Assembly: GCA_964589855.1 (NCBI GenBank)
Contig: CAZPVB010000003.1
Coordinates: 1-59,483 of the forward strand
Length of the DNA: 59,483 nt
Source of the DNA: an uncultured Bacteroidales bacterium
GTDB lineage: Bacteria; Bacteroidota; Bacteroidia; Bacteroidales; UBA7960
Direction: 5' to 3'
The notes under the pieces are model-generated. The model searched no databases. It had not been told where the DNA came from and saw nothing but the letters and a program-made list of their open reading frames with translations. Positions 1 to 9,572 of this stretch are shown one piece after another. Every line of letters starts with the position of its first letter. Position 1 is the first letter of the stretch. Both the position numbers and the translations under genes were made by a program.

Positions 1-1
1 C

Positions 2-2125
2 GTCGCCTCCCAGGTAAAATCGTTCAAAGGGCGATACACCAATATCTTTGTTGTAGAAACCCAGAAAACCCATACGTGTTCTTGCACTTAGCACCAGGTT
101 TCCTGCCAGTGCAGTGTACCAGCTGGTGTTGAATTTCCATTTGTGGTATTCCAGCCAGTTATACTTTTCCCTGTCTGTCATGTCGGGATCAGCAAAATCT
201 TTGTTGTTAAAGTAGGAATAAGGAGGTGTTATTTGCAAACCCAAAGAAACTTCTGATCCGTTTCTTGGATAAAGAGGGGCATCCACTGAGTTTCGTCCAA
301 ATTCAATACCATAACTAAGATTATTGGCATTTCCCTCATCGATAATAAACCTGATGGGGCTGTTTAAAATATCATAACGCTGATAAGTAAGTGTTTGCCG
401 CAAATAGAAAAAGTCATCGGGTACTCTCAGTCGTTTTGCAAGACCTACAGATGTACCAATAATGCTATAATACCCGTATAACTCCGATTCCGTTGGATAC
501 TGGTTGCGGTGGGTTGTTTGATAAACAGAAAAACTGAATGAATTTGGTTTTTTACCACCCAACCACGGTTCTACAAAAGACATACTGTAAGAAACATACC
601 CTCTTCCGTAGGTTTGCCCTCTGAGGCTAAGTGTTTGACCATCACCTGATGGTAAAGGTCGCCATGCATCTTTATCAAAAATATTTCTGGTAGAGAAGTT
701 GTTGAAGGAAAGCCCCAATGTGCCAATAATACGATTGGCACCCCATCCGCCAGATAGTTCAATCTGGTCAGAAGAGGTTTCCTCTACCACATACTCCAGG
801 TCAACTGTTCCGTCTGTTGCATTGGGTGTAGGGATTACATCAATGGTTTCCTGATCGAAGTAACCCAGTTGAATAATATCGCGTTGACTTCTGATGATGT
901 CGCTTCGGCTGAAAAGCATACCAGGGCGGGTTCTTACTTCCCGCAATATAACATGATCATTGGTTTTGGTATTTCCTCTTACCGATACCCGACTGATTTC
1001 TGCCTGCTGTCCTTCATAGATGCGTAGTTCAAGATCGATGGAGTCATTGGCAACATTTACCTCTATGGGAGAAACATTAAAAAACAGGTAACCATCGTCC
1101 AGATATAGCGAACTTACGTCAATGCCTTCCATATTCATAAAAAGGTTTTTTTCCAAAAGAGTTTGGTTGTAAACATCTCCTTTTGAAAGTCCCAATACTT
1201 CACTAAGAACCTCATCCGGGTAAACAGTGTTTCCTACCCAGTCAATATCCCGGAAGTAATAGGTATTGCCTTCATCGATGTGCAATTCAAGAACAATGCG
1301 GTCTTCTTCCACAAAATAAATACTGTCTTTGGTTATTTGAGCATCTCTTTTTCCGAGTTCGTTGTATCTTTCAAGTACTTTTTGTTTGTCTTCGGCAAAA
1401 TCTTCCTGAATAAATTTGGAAGAGTTGAAGAGAAACCGGAGGCTTTTCTCCCGGGTATTCTTCATTAATTTTTTAATTTGCCGGTCGTTGAGTTCTTCAT
1501 TGCCTTTGATCACAACCTCGTCAATCTTTGTGCGTTCACCCCTGTCTATATTAAATTCGAGTATGATGCTGTTGGTACGGGAAGTATCGGCTACCTGCTC
1601 AACCATCACCTCGGGTTTCAGAAATCCTTTATCGATGTAATAATCTCTGATAATATTACTGGATTGCATCAGGAGGTTTTCGGTTACCACATCTCCACGA
1701 ACAAGGTTGAGTTCATCGGTGAGTTTGGTGATGTCAGATTTTTTAATTCCTTTAAATTCAAATTGAGAGATACGTGGTCTTTCCTTTAGAGCAATATCAA
1801 GAAAAACCCTGTTGCCCTGTATGGAGGTAATACCGATAGATACATCGGTAAAAAGGTTTTGTTTCCAAATATTGTCAATGGCTTTGGCAATATCTTCTCC
1901 CGGAATGGTGATGTTTTGACCTATGGTTAGTCCGCTAACCATGACAATCACGTTTTCATCCATATAATTGATCCCTGAAACGGATATACCACCAATAATG
2001 TAATCTCGTGGACTATTGTAATTAACTTCGATCTGATCGCCCTTAAGAACATTTTGTGAAGTGCTGTAAAAAGGGAAAGAAATCAAAAGATGAAGAATAA
2101 TAACGGATTGGATAATTTTTATCAT
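2..2125 (-). CDS. bamA: Outer membrane protein assembly factor BamA (3' end runs off the window)
   Basis: Absent from the ORF track because there is no stop in the window. Manual translation from ATG 2125 gives MIKIIQSVIILHLL...YIIGGISVSGINY...IPGEDIAKAIDNIWKQNLF (POTRA), then QIELSGGWG, EPWLGGKKPN and SPFERFYLGGD; start and end are in the same frame. Follows uppS. Confidence 0.95.
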   Translation of the reverse strand, partial: MIKIIQSVIILHLLISFPFYSTSQNVLKGDQIEVNYNSPRDYIIGGISVSGINYMDENVIVMVSGLTIGQNITIPGEDIAKAIDNIWKQNLFTDVSIGITSIQGNRVFLDIALKERPRISQFEFKGIKKSDITKLTDELNLVRGDVVTENLLMQSSNIIRDYYIDKGFLKPEVMVEQVADTSRTNSIILEFNIDRGERTKIDEVVIKGNEELNDRQIKKLMKNTREKSLRFLFNSSKFIQEDFAEDKQKVLERYNELGKRDAQITKDSIYFVEEDRIVLELHIDEGNTYYFRDIDWVGNTVYPDEVLSEVLGLSKGDVYNQTLLEKNLFMNMEGIDVSSLYLDDGYLFFNVSPIEVNVANDSIDLELRIYEGQQAEISRVSVRGNTKTNDHVILREVRTRPGMLFSRSDIIRSQRDIIQLGYFDQETIDVIPTPNATDGTVDLEYVVEETSSDQIELSGGWGANRIIGTLGLSFNNFSTRNIFDKDAWRPLPSGDGQTLSLRGQTYGRGYVSYSMSFVEPWLGGKKPNSFSFSVYQTTHRNQYPTESELYGYYSIIGTSVGLAKRLRVPDDFFYLRQTLTYQRYDILNSPIRFIIDEGNANNLSYGIEFGRNSVDAPLYPRNGSEVSLGLQITPPYSYFNNKDFADPDMTDREKYNWLEYHKWKFNTSWYTALAGNLVLSARTRMGFLGFYNKDIGVSPFERFYLGGD

Positions 2126-2195
2126 TATGAAGTTAATTTTCTGATCGTCGGTTTATAGTTTATTGATTTATAACGAAAAAGGATGCTTTATAGTA

Positions 2196-2921
2196 TTAAG
2201 TTTTTCCAAATCTTCTTTCTCTTCTTTGGTAATCTATAATTGCCTGAAAGAAGTGTTTTTTAGTAAAATCGGGCCAAAAAACGGGAGTAAAATAAAGTTC
2301 GGCATAAGCGATTTGCCAAAGCAGAAAATTGCTGATTCTGAGTTCCCCACTTGTTCTGATCAAAAGATCAGGATCAGGAATATCATGTGTTTGCAGATGG
2401 TTTTGAAACAATGATTTATCGATATCATCAGGATCGATTTCGTGATTTTTTACCTTTTGAGCAATTGTTTTCACTGCATCTACAATTTCCCACTGCGAGC
2501 TATAACTCAATGCAATGACCACATTTACACGATCGTTGTGTCTGGTGTCATACATTGCCTGCTCCAGTTGTTCTTTGCATTTTTCGGGCAGAGAGTTTAA
2601 ATCTCCAATGGCCAAAAGACGTGCTCCTTTTTCAAGCAGTTTGGGCGTTTCGTTTTTAATGGCTCCTACCAGGAGTTCCATCAGCGTATCAACCTCTATC
2701 TGTGGCCGGCACCAGTTTTCAGTAGAAAACGCATAAAAAGTCAGATATTTTACACCTATTTCACCTGCTGCTTCTATTGTATCTCTTACAGACTGAATTC
2801 CATTTTCATGCCCGAATACTCTCTCTTTACCTCTCTGCTTTGCCCATCTTCCGTTACCATCCATGATTATTGCGATATGCCGGGGCAGCTTGTTTTTATT
2901 AATGTTTTGCTTGAAATCCAT
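2196..2921 (-). CDS. uppS: Undecaprenyl diphosphate synthase (isoprenyl transferase)
   Basis: HIAIIMDGNGRWA, YAFSTENW and DPDLLIRTSGELRISNFLLWQ motifs. ATG 2921 preferred over the ORF-track start at 2963. Confidence 0.97.
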   Translation of the reverse strand: MDFKQNINKNKLPRHIAIIMDGNGRWAKQRGKERVFGHENGIQSVRDTIEAAGEIGVKYLTFYAFSTENWCRPQIEVDTLMELLVGAIKNETPKLLEKGARLLAIGDLNSLPEKCKEQLEQAMYDTRHNDRVNVVIALSYSSQWEIVDAVKTIAQKVKNHEIDPDDIDKSLFQNHLQTHDIPDPDLLIRTSGELRISNFLLWQIAYAELYFTPVFWPDFTKKHFFQAIIDYQRRERRFGKT

Positions 2922-3018
2922 TTTGGTTTGTAAAATCACATGACCATCTGAAAAAATAGGCACAAATTTCTATATAAGTTTCTTTAAATGAAAGAAAAGG
3001 TTCAAAGTTTATGAAAAA

Positions 3019-3882
3019 TTAATTGTAAGCCGGGCATTTGGCCCGGGTTAAGTCTTTTATCCTGAATGTAAGCACAATACCTGCAAAAGAATACCAATCA
3101 TTATTGTTAGGGTTTCCTCTGGAAAACCCTGCCTTTTGTCCGCGGTTTGTCAAACTTCTGTCATATAGTTCAAGTGTTCGTATATCATTGGCAACTGCAG
3201 CAGGATGAGGATAGGTTGTACTTACATCATCCAGGTAATCAGTGCCTGTACGTCGCATACCCCATTCAAAAGCGCCGGTGAGTTGCCTGGTGATGTTAAA
3301 CTTAAAACCAATCCCAAATAAAAAGTTGTAAGAGATCGTAGAATAGGGTTTTCTTTCAGGATACATATCAGACCCCTGTCCTTCGGTATTTAATCCCTGC
3401 AAGTTATACATTACTCCATCAATATCTGCCTGAGGATTGAAACTGAAAACGCCACCGCCTCCAAAAATGTAGGGCGTATAAGGTGTTTCAACATCTCCGG
3501 GAATGTAATAAAGAAAATTTACTTCTCCTTGCAATGATAATTCACTAATGGGCGACTGAAACCGTAAGTTGCGATTGGTATTATATCCAACAATGGCATC
3601 ATCGGATGCCACACGACCAAACATACCGTTGAGGCGCAACGCAACATTTTCATTAATGTTGAACCTGTATAGGGCACCTGCTGCGATCTGGGGCATTGAA
3701 AATGGTATCTCCGGATTAAGGTCTCCCATGTAGTAAGATGTTCCGAAAAAAAAACCTATTTCGCTTTTTTGGGCATGTGTATTAAATGGGAAAATATGAA
3801 TAAAGATCATTAAAATAAGGATATACTTACCATATAATTTTCCAGAGAAAATATGTTCGGCCATGACAAGGAGTTTTTTCAA
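3019..3882 (-). CDS. DUF6089 / PorG-like outer membrane beta-barrel protein
   Basis: Signal peptide ending AQ; YYMGDLNP, TDYLDDVSTTY and RGNPNNNDWY motifs; position upstream of uppS-bamA. Start uncertain (ATG 3864 is an alternative). Confidence 0.75.
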   Translation of the reverse strand: MKKLLVMAEHIFSGKLYGKYILILMIFIHIFPFNTHAQKSEIGFFFGTSYYMGDLNPEIPFSMPQIAAGALYRFNINENVALRLNGMFGRVASDDAIVGYNTNRNLRFQSPISELSLQGEVNFLYYIPGDVETPYTPYIFGGGGVFSFNPQADIDGVMYNLQGLNTEGQGSDMYPERKPYSTISYNFLFGIGFKFNITRQLTGAFEWGMRRTGTDYLDDVSTTYPHPAAVANDIRTLELYDRSLTNRGQKAGFSRGNPNNNDWYSFAGIVLTFRIKDLTRAKCPAYN

Positions 3883-3999
3883 AAGTTTAGCATCTTCAAA
3901 ATAAACAACATATACCAGAATAATTCTGCTTTTGAAAAACGCAATTGGATAGGCTTTATTTTATGTCGATTTTTGATTGCTATGAAAACCACAATTCTT

Positions 4000-4986
4000 T
4001 TAGAAACGTGGCACACCATAAGGTCTTCTGAGATCAGGGAATTTATAATATAAAGTTATAAAACTAAACATATAAACATCCGTATTGTATGGGTTTCCTC
4101 TTTGTTGTCCGGGGGCAGTAACACTTTTTTCAAGGCTATTAACAGAGGGGTTGGAAAAATATTCAGCCAATGCTCTTCTTCCCGGGTTGTCGGGAAAAAT
4201 TTCCTGAAAGATATCTTGATTTACATAAGTAGTACTTACATCATCCATGTAGTCCGTAAAAGTTTTGCGATAACCGTACTCGATGCCCACGGAAATATTT
4301 CTGTTAATATGAATCATGGCTCCAATGCCAAAGGGGATGGAAACAGAAACAGGCAAATAGGTTTTCCTGGTAGGGAAATAACCCTGGCCTTCCGTATGAA
4401 GGTTTCTCAGATAGTACCATCCATCCTGAGGGAGGTCTTCCTGATTAACACTACCACCAGCGTAATTAGATGATTCAAAATAACCCTGCGGATTGAAATA
4501 AAAACCTGCAATGCCACCAAATGCATAAGCGGAGAAACTAAAACTACCCCTTACACCCCTGGACCCTGTAATCCTGCGATGCCTGGCTCCTTGTCTTTCC
4601 ATATCAAAAAAGTAATACTGCCCTTTCACTGCCAGTTCGATAACAGTTGAGCGAAAATTGATATTGCGGTTGCTTCTGAAAGGCTCGGAAGTGTTTTTAT
4701 CATCGCCGGATATAAAACCCGTAGAAAGGGTACCTGCCAGACCAACATCTTTTAAAAGCATGTAGCGGTATCCTGCCATGAAAGAGGGTCTTACCGATTC
4801 GATGTCGAAATCTTTTATTCCATTGCTTCCAATGTCATCGGCCCCGCCCAGTTCACCCATAAAACCGGCAGCGCCTGTCCCAAAGATCAAATGGTGTCTT
4901 TCTCTTTTCCATCTTTGTGCATCTGCGTTGGAATGCACGAAAAGGAAAAAGAGGCAGAATAAAAAATAAAATGCAGGACTACGCAT
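4000..4986 (-). CDS. DUF6089 / PorG-like outer membrane beta-barrel protein (paralog)
   Basis: Signal peptide ending AQ; FMGELGG, TDYMDDVSTTY and RGNPYNTDVY motifs shared with the downstream gene. Confidence 0.75.
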   Translation of the reverse strand: MRSPAFYFLFCLFFLFVHSNADAQRWKRERHHLIFGTGAAGFMGELGGADDIGSNGIKDFDIESVRPSFMAGYRYMLLKDVGLAGTLSTGFISGDDKNTSEPFRSNRNINFRSTVIELAVKGQYYFFDMERQGARHRRITGSRGVRGSFSFSAYAFGGIAGFYFNPQGYFESSNYAGGSVNQEDLPQDGWYYLRNLHTEGQGYFPTRKTYLPVSVSIPFGIGAMIHINRNISVGIEYGYRKTFTDYMDDVSTTYVNQDIFQEIFPDNPGRRALAEYFSNPSVNSLEKSVTAPGQQRGNPYNTDVYMFSFITLYYKFPDLRRPYGVPRF

Positions 4987-5092
4987 TCCAGAATGATTTT
5001 TTATTTAAAAGTATTGGTATACAAAAGTAAAAAAAAAATTGCCAAAAGATTGAATTAATTAGTTTCGGCAAGAAAACTCGTCATTTTCACAT

Positions 5093-5215
5093 GTACTTGA
5101 TAAAGAAAACGTCAGGTACAAGGCGGGCTATGGATGAAAAACAGGAGTTTACTTTTCGTAAATGACTGTTTTGAAGACAAGCCCAACGCAGCAATTGGCG
5201 TTTTCTTGCAAGCAC
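5093..5215. repeat. 123-bp imperfect palindrome with ERIC/IRU-like core
   Basis: Nested inverted repeats AAGAAAACGTCA/TGGCGTTTTCTT, GGGCT/AGCCC, AAAACAG/CTGTTTT and TTTAC/GTAAA; core CAGGAGTTTAC...GTAAATGACTG. Confidence 0.7.
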
Positions 5216-5277
5216 GAATTAAGGTTTAAATAACTTGCATGCTTTATTTTAAAACTTCTGAATCTCGAACAACCTCT

Positions 5278-6159
5278 TTAATTTCTTTTATCAAACCCCC
5301 ATGCCAATTTGTTTCGTATGGTTGTAAAAAAATCCTTCTGTCCTGTATTAATGAGATTGATCTTGTAATCTGCTTTTTTTATAAACAGATCCATGGATTT
5401 TTCCAGAGGAAGGGTTCGTGAGTCCATTACGATCAAATGACTTTGTATACGTCCTTCCACCCTGAATTTTATCAGTGAATTATCTTTGATAACGATGGGG
5501 CGAACGGTAAGATTGTGAGAAGCGATAGGAGTGATGATAAAATTCTCGGAATCGGGAGAAATAATGGGGCCACCACAACTTAGAGAGTATCCTGTAGATC
5601 CGGTGGGTGTTGCTACCATAAGCCCATCTGCCCAGTAGGTGTTCAGATATTTTCCGTTTACGAAAGCACTGATGGCGATCATGGTTGTATTGTCGCGTTT
5701 AATAAGAGTAACTTCATTGAGGGCATAGGGAAAGGCATCAAAAAGTTTCGCCGGTCCGCTATCCAGGTAAAGCAACGATCGTTGTTCGACCTGGTATTTT
5801 TTCTCCAGAAGTTCTTTTACAGAAGATTCCATCTCATCTGTTGAAACAGAAGAAAGGAATCCCAGGCGCCCTGTGTTGATTCCCAGTACCGGAATACCAG
5901 AATTTCTTATCAGAGGTAAGGTGTCCAGAAGAGTTCCGTCGCCTCCAAGGCTAATCATGCACGAAACAGAAGATGAGAGTTGGTGGTGGTTTTCAAAAAC
6001 TTTTATATCATTTTGAAAGCGGATATTGCCCTTCAAAAACTCAAAAAACTTATCATAAATCAGGAAACCCACCTTATGATTTTCCATGGTGGTAACCATG
6101 TTTTGAATGACCGGGAAAAATTCAGGATTGAACCCTCTTCCAAACAATGCGATGTGCAT
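5278..6159 (-). CDS. nadK: NAD kinase
   Basis: SLGGDGTLL, GINTGRLGFL, ALNE and ADGLMVATPTGSTGYSLSCGGP motifs. Confidence 0.97.
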   Translation of the reverse strand: MHIALFGRGFNPEFFPVIQNMVTTMENHKVGFLIYDKFFEFLKGNIRFQNDIKVFENHHQLSSSVSCMISLGGDGTLLDTLPLIRNSGIPVLGINTGRLGFLSSVSTDEMESSVKELLEKKYQVEQRSLLYLDSGPAKLFDAFPYALNEVTLIKRDNTTMIAISAFVNGKYLNTYWADGLMVATPTGSTGYSLSCGGPIISPDSENFIITPIASHNLTVRPIVIKDNSLIKFRVEGRIQSHLIVMDSRTLPLEKSMDLFIKKADYKINLINTGQKDFFTTIRNKLAWGFDKRN

Positions 6160-6171
6160 ATATTTTGTATT

Positions 6172-7434
6172 TTACATTAATTCAAGTCTTTTTGAATCTA
6201 GTTTTAAAAAGGTAAACAGAAAAATAGTGAACGACCACAGTGAGGAGCCTCCATAACTGATAAATGGCAATGGAATGCCAATAACAGGCATAAGCCCTAT
6301 GGTCATACCTATATTGATCATAAAATGAAAGAACAAAACAGACACCAGAGAATAACCGAAAATGCGGCTAAAAGATGATTTTTGCCTTTCAGCTAACATT
6401 GTTAGTCTGACAAGTAATGAAAGAAATAAAGAAATGAGTACAAAACTACCCAAAAAACCCCATTCTTCGCCTACGGTACAAAAAATAAAATCGGTACTTT
6501 GTTCGGGTACAAAGTTAAATTTGGTTTGTGTCCCTTCCAAAAATCCCTTACCCCATAGCCCACCCGAACCAATGGCTATTTTCGATTGATGAAGGTTATA
6601 ACCTGCCCCACGGGTATCAACTGTTTCATCAATCAAAACGGCAATTCGGTTTTTCTGGTGAGGTTGCAAAACTTCATCATAAACATAACTGACAAAGAAT
6701 ACATATGCATTCATGACGATCAGAATCAGAATTATTTGTCTTATTGCACCCTGCTTTTTTCTCATTAAGATGCCAGTAATGATTCCCGAAATGGAAATAA
6801 ATGCCATCACATAATATTCATTGAATATGAGGGTAAGTATAAACAAACCTGCCGAAATAATTCCCAGAATAAGAATGATACCGGGAAGATATCCTTCACG
6901 GTAGAGAACAATTATAAAAGCAAAAAACACCAAAGTAGTACCCGTATCGTTTTGAAGAAAGATAAGAGATATGGGTAATAGCATGATAGCCAATGGCTTT
7001 ATGAGTGCTCTCATATTGCGTGTGCGGCTTCGGTTATCATATATGATACGTGCCATGGCCAATGCTGTGGTAAACTTGGTAAACTCTGCCGGTTGTATGG
7101 CAATACCTCCTATTTGAAACCAGGATTTTGAGGCATTGATCTCGGTGCCGAAAAATAGAACCCCTATGAGCAAGATAATGGAGACTCCGAAAAGCACATA
7201 AGCAAAGGCAAAAAAGAACTTAGCATCAATTGTTAAAACAATTATCGCCAATACGATTGCTGTTACAATCCAGATAAATTGTTTGCCATAGCTTTGACTG
7301 AAGTTAAGGATGCTGGTGTAGTTTTCGTTATATTCAGCGGCATAAATGTTGATCCAACCTATAACAACTAGAAGAAGATAGATAAATATGGTGGGTTTAT
7401 CCAGGCGCGAAAAAAAGTCGAATTGTGTTTTCAT
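6172..7434 (-). CDS. rodA: Rod shape-determining protein RodA (SEDS glycosyltransferase)
   Basis: Multi-pass membrane protein with IQPAEFTK, GYNLHQSKIAIGSGG, PEQSTDFIF and GIPLPFISYGGSS; downstream of PBP2. Confidence 0.96.
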   Translation of the reverse strand: MKTQFDFFSRLDKPTIFIYLLLVVIGWINIYAAEYNENYTSILNFSQSYGKQFIWIVTAIVLAIIVLTIDAKFFFAFAYVLFGVSIILLIGVLFFGTEINASKSWFQIGGIAIQPAEFTKFTTALAMARIIYDNRSRTRNMRALIKPLAIMLLPISLIFLQNDTGTTLVFFAFIIVLYREGYLPGIILILGIISAGLFILTLIFNEYYVMAFISISGIITGILMRKKQGAIRQIILILIVMNAYVFFVSYVYDEVLQPHQKNRIAVLIDETVDTRGAGYNLHQSKIAIGSGGLWGKGFLEGTQTKFNFVPEQSTDFIFCTVGEEWGFLGSFVLISLFLSLLVRLTMLAERQKSSFSRIFGYSLVSVLFFHFMINIGMTIGLMPVIGIPLPFISYGGSSLWSFTIFLFTFLKLDSKRLELM

Positions 7435-7478
7435 ATAACCTGTTTAATCAAATTAAAAGCAAATAAAAAACGGAAATC

Positions 7479-9332
7479 CTATTCGTTATCACTGTTGGTT
7501 CCGAAAGTTAAAAATTTGGCATCAAGAATCCGTTGTTCAAACCATGATCTTTTTATTTCACCGGTCAGATATTTTTCTGTCATTAAGCTGGCAATGGGCG
7601 CTGCCCATGCTGATCCACCACCTGCATTTTCTATAATAACGGCAATGGCAATTTTGGGATTATCGAAAGGGGCAAAAGATACAAATGCGGAATGATTTTC
7701 ACCATGAGGGTTTTGAACTGTTCCTGTTTTTCCTGCCATAAGTATGTCAGGAATTCTGGAGAATCGACCTGTTCCTGTCTCAACAGTTTCCAGCATTGCT
7801 TCAGCAAGTGTTTCAAAATGAACAGAGTCAATGGTTGTTTGTATAGGATCAAGATATTTGGCATTGAGTTTTAAAATATTTTCTGTAGCTTTCACAATAT
7901 GGGGGGTAAAGTAGTATCCTCTATTGGCCACAATGGCTGCCAGGTTTGCCAGCTGAAGAGGAGTGGTACCGATCTCGCCTTGTCCTATTGCTAAGGAAAT
8001 GACTGTAAGCGCTCTCCATCCATTAGAGCCATAAATTTGATCATAATAACCGGAACTGCCAAGTTGCCCACTGAGTTCATAAGGCAAATCACTGTTAAAG
8101 GTTCGCCCAAAACCCAGACTTTCCATGTGATCGTGCCATGTGGTGAGTGCTTGCTGAATAGATTCGAACTTGTTTAATTCCAGTAGGTTGCGGAACTGTA
8201 TGCAGGAGAACGTATTGCAACTGTGTTTGACGGCACTTTTTACATCTACCGGAGAAGGATGCGACCTGCATTTTACTGTTATGCCACCGCTGTAATAGTA
8301 ACCAGGGCAGGAATATTTTGAATGTTCTGTAATGGCTCCTTCCTGTAACCCTGCGAGGAAATTGGCAATTTTAAAAACAGAACCGGGAGGATAACTGGCC
8401 ATCAGTGCCCGGTTAAATAAAGGTTTTACAGTATCTTGCTGCAGATGGCGATAATTTCTGGATCTGACCCTGCCTACCAGCAGGTTAGGGTCGTAACCTG
8501 GTGAAGTAACCAGGGCAAGTATTTCACCTGAAGAGGGTTCAATGGCTACAATGCTGCCCCTTTTGTTTTGTAGCAGTTTTTCGCCGTACATTTGCAATTG
8601 AAGGTCGAGAGAAGTATAAATATCTGTACCTGCCACCGCCATTGTATCATACCTTCCATCCTGGAAAGAACTTATATCGCGGTTGTAAGCATCTACCAGA
8701 ACCACCCTGCTGCCTTTTTTACCTCGAAGAATTTCTTCATAATGTTTTTCTATACCCGAAATGCCAATGTAATCGCTCATTCTGTAGTAGGGGTCTCTTT
8801 CGATGGTGGTTTTCCCCACTTCACCCACATATCCAAACGTATGTGCTGCAATATTATGGGGGTACTTTCTTAATGTGCGGGGTTGGACATAAAATCCCGG
8901 GAATTTGAATAGTTTTTCCTGAATGACGGCGTATTGGTCTTTGGGTATCTGTTTTTCGAAAAGAGTGGGTTTATAGGGGCTATATTGCCTTGCAGCGATC
9001 ATTCTTTTCTCATATTGTTCATGGGTGATATCAAGAAGAGTAATAAACTCCGTGGTGTCTATGTCGCCTACCTGCCCTGGGATAACCATCAAGTCATAAT
9101 AGGGATCGTTGTAAACAAGTAATTCGCCGTTGCGATCATAAATAAGCCCCCGGGCGGCATAATCTGTAATAACTCTTTGAACATTACTGCTGGCAAAAAT
9201 CTTATACCTATGGTCGACTACCTGAATGTAAAATAATCGTGACAGATATATAAGACCAATGAGTACCATAAAGAAAATAACGGAAATTTTCCGTCGGGAA
9301 AAAACATCGGATGAGGAGTTGTGTAATTGCAT
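7479..9332 (-). CDS. mrdA: Penicillin-binding protein 2
   Basis: N-terminal TM helix and RGLIYDRNG; transpeptidase motifs SxxK (GSVFK), SxN (SCN) and KTG are intact. Confidence 0.96.
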   Translation of the reverse strand: MQLHNSSSDVFSRRKISVIFFMVLIGLIYLSRLFYIQVVDHRYKIFASSNVQRVITDYAARGLIYDRNGELLVYNDPYYDLMVIPGQVGDIDTTEFITLLDITHEQYEKRMIAARQYSPYKPTLFEKQIPKDQYAVIQEKLFKFPGFYVQPRTLRKYPHNIAAHTFGYVGEVGKTTIERDPYYRMSDYIGISGIEKHYEEILRGKKGSRVVLVDAYNRDISSFQDGRYDTMAVAGTDIYTSLDLQLQMYGEKLLQNKRGSIVAIEPSSGEILALVTSPGYDPNLLVGRVRSRNYRHLQQDTVKPLFNRALMASYPPGSVFKIANFLAGLQEGAITEHSKYSCPGYYYSGGITVKCRSHPSPVDVKSAVKHSCNTFSCIQFRNLLELNKFESIQQALTTWHDHMESLGFGRTFNSDLPYELSGQLGSSGYYDQIYGSNGWRALTVISLAIGQGEIGTTPLQLANLAAIVANRGYYFTPHIVKATENILKLNAKYLDPIQTTIDSVHFETLAEAMLETVETGTGRFSRIPDILMAGKTGTVQNPHGENHSAFVSFAPFDNPKIAIAVIIENAGGGSAWAAPIASLMTEKYLTGEIKRSWFEQRILDAKFLTFGTNSDNE

Positions 9333-9572
9333 AAAAATTTGATGGGCTGAAGCGCAAAAATATCATTCTCTGCAACAAAATTAAACCTTTTCCCTTATTT
9401 TTTCCTCCTTATTAATGAAGTGATATCAATTTAATCAGATGAGTGTTCCCGTAGATTGGAAAACAACAGACTGAAAGCATAAATCCTGCAGCTAATGACA
9501 CTTTGCTGAAGATTTATTTTTTTCTAACCGGGATATTTTTATTCATTTTCACCCTTTAAAAAATCTAATGTT

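Noticed and set aside
571..1789. Short ORFs in the first 1.8 kb
   Set aside because: They are alternate-frame or antisense shadows of bamA, whose start and end share one frame with no sign of a frameshift.
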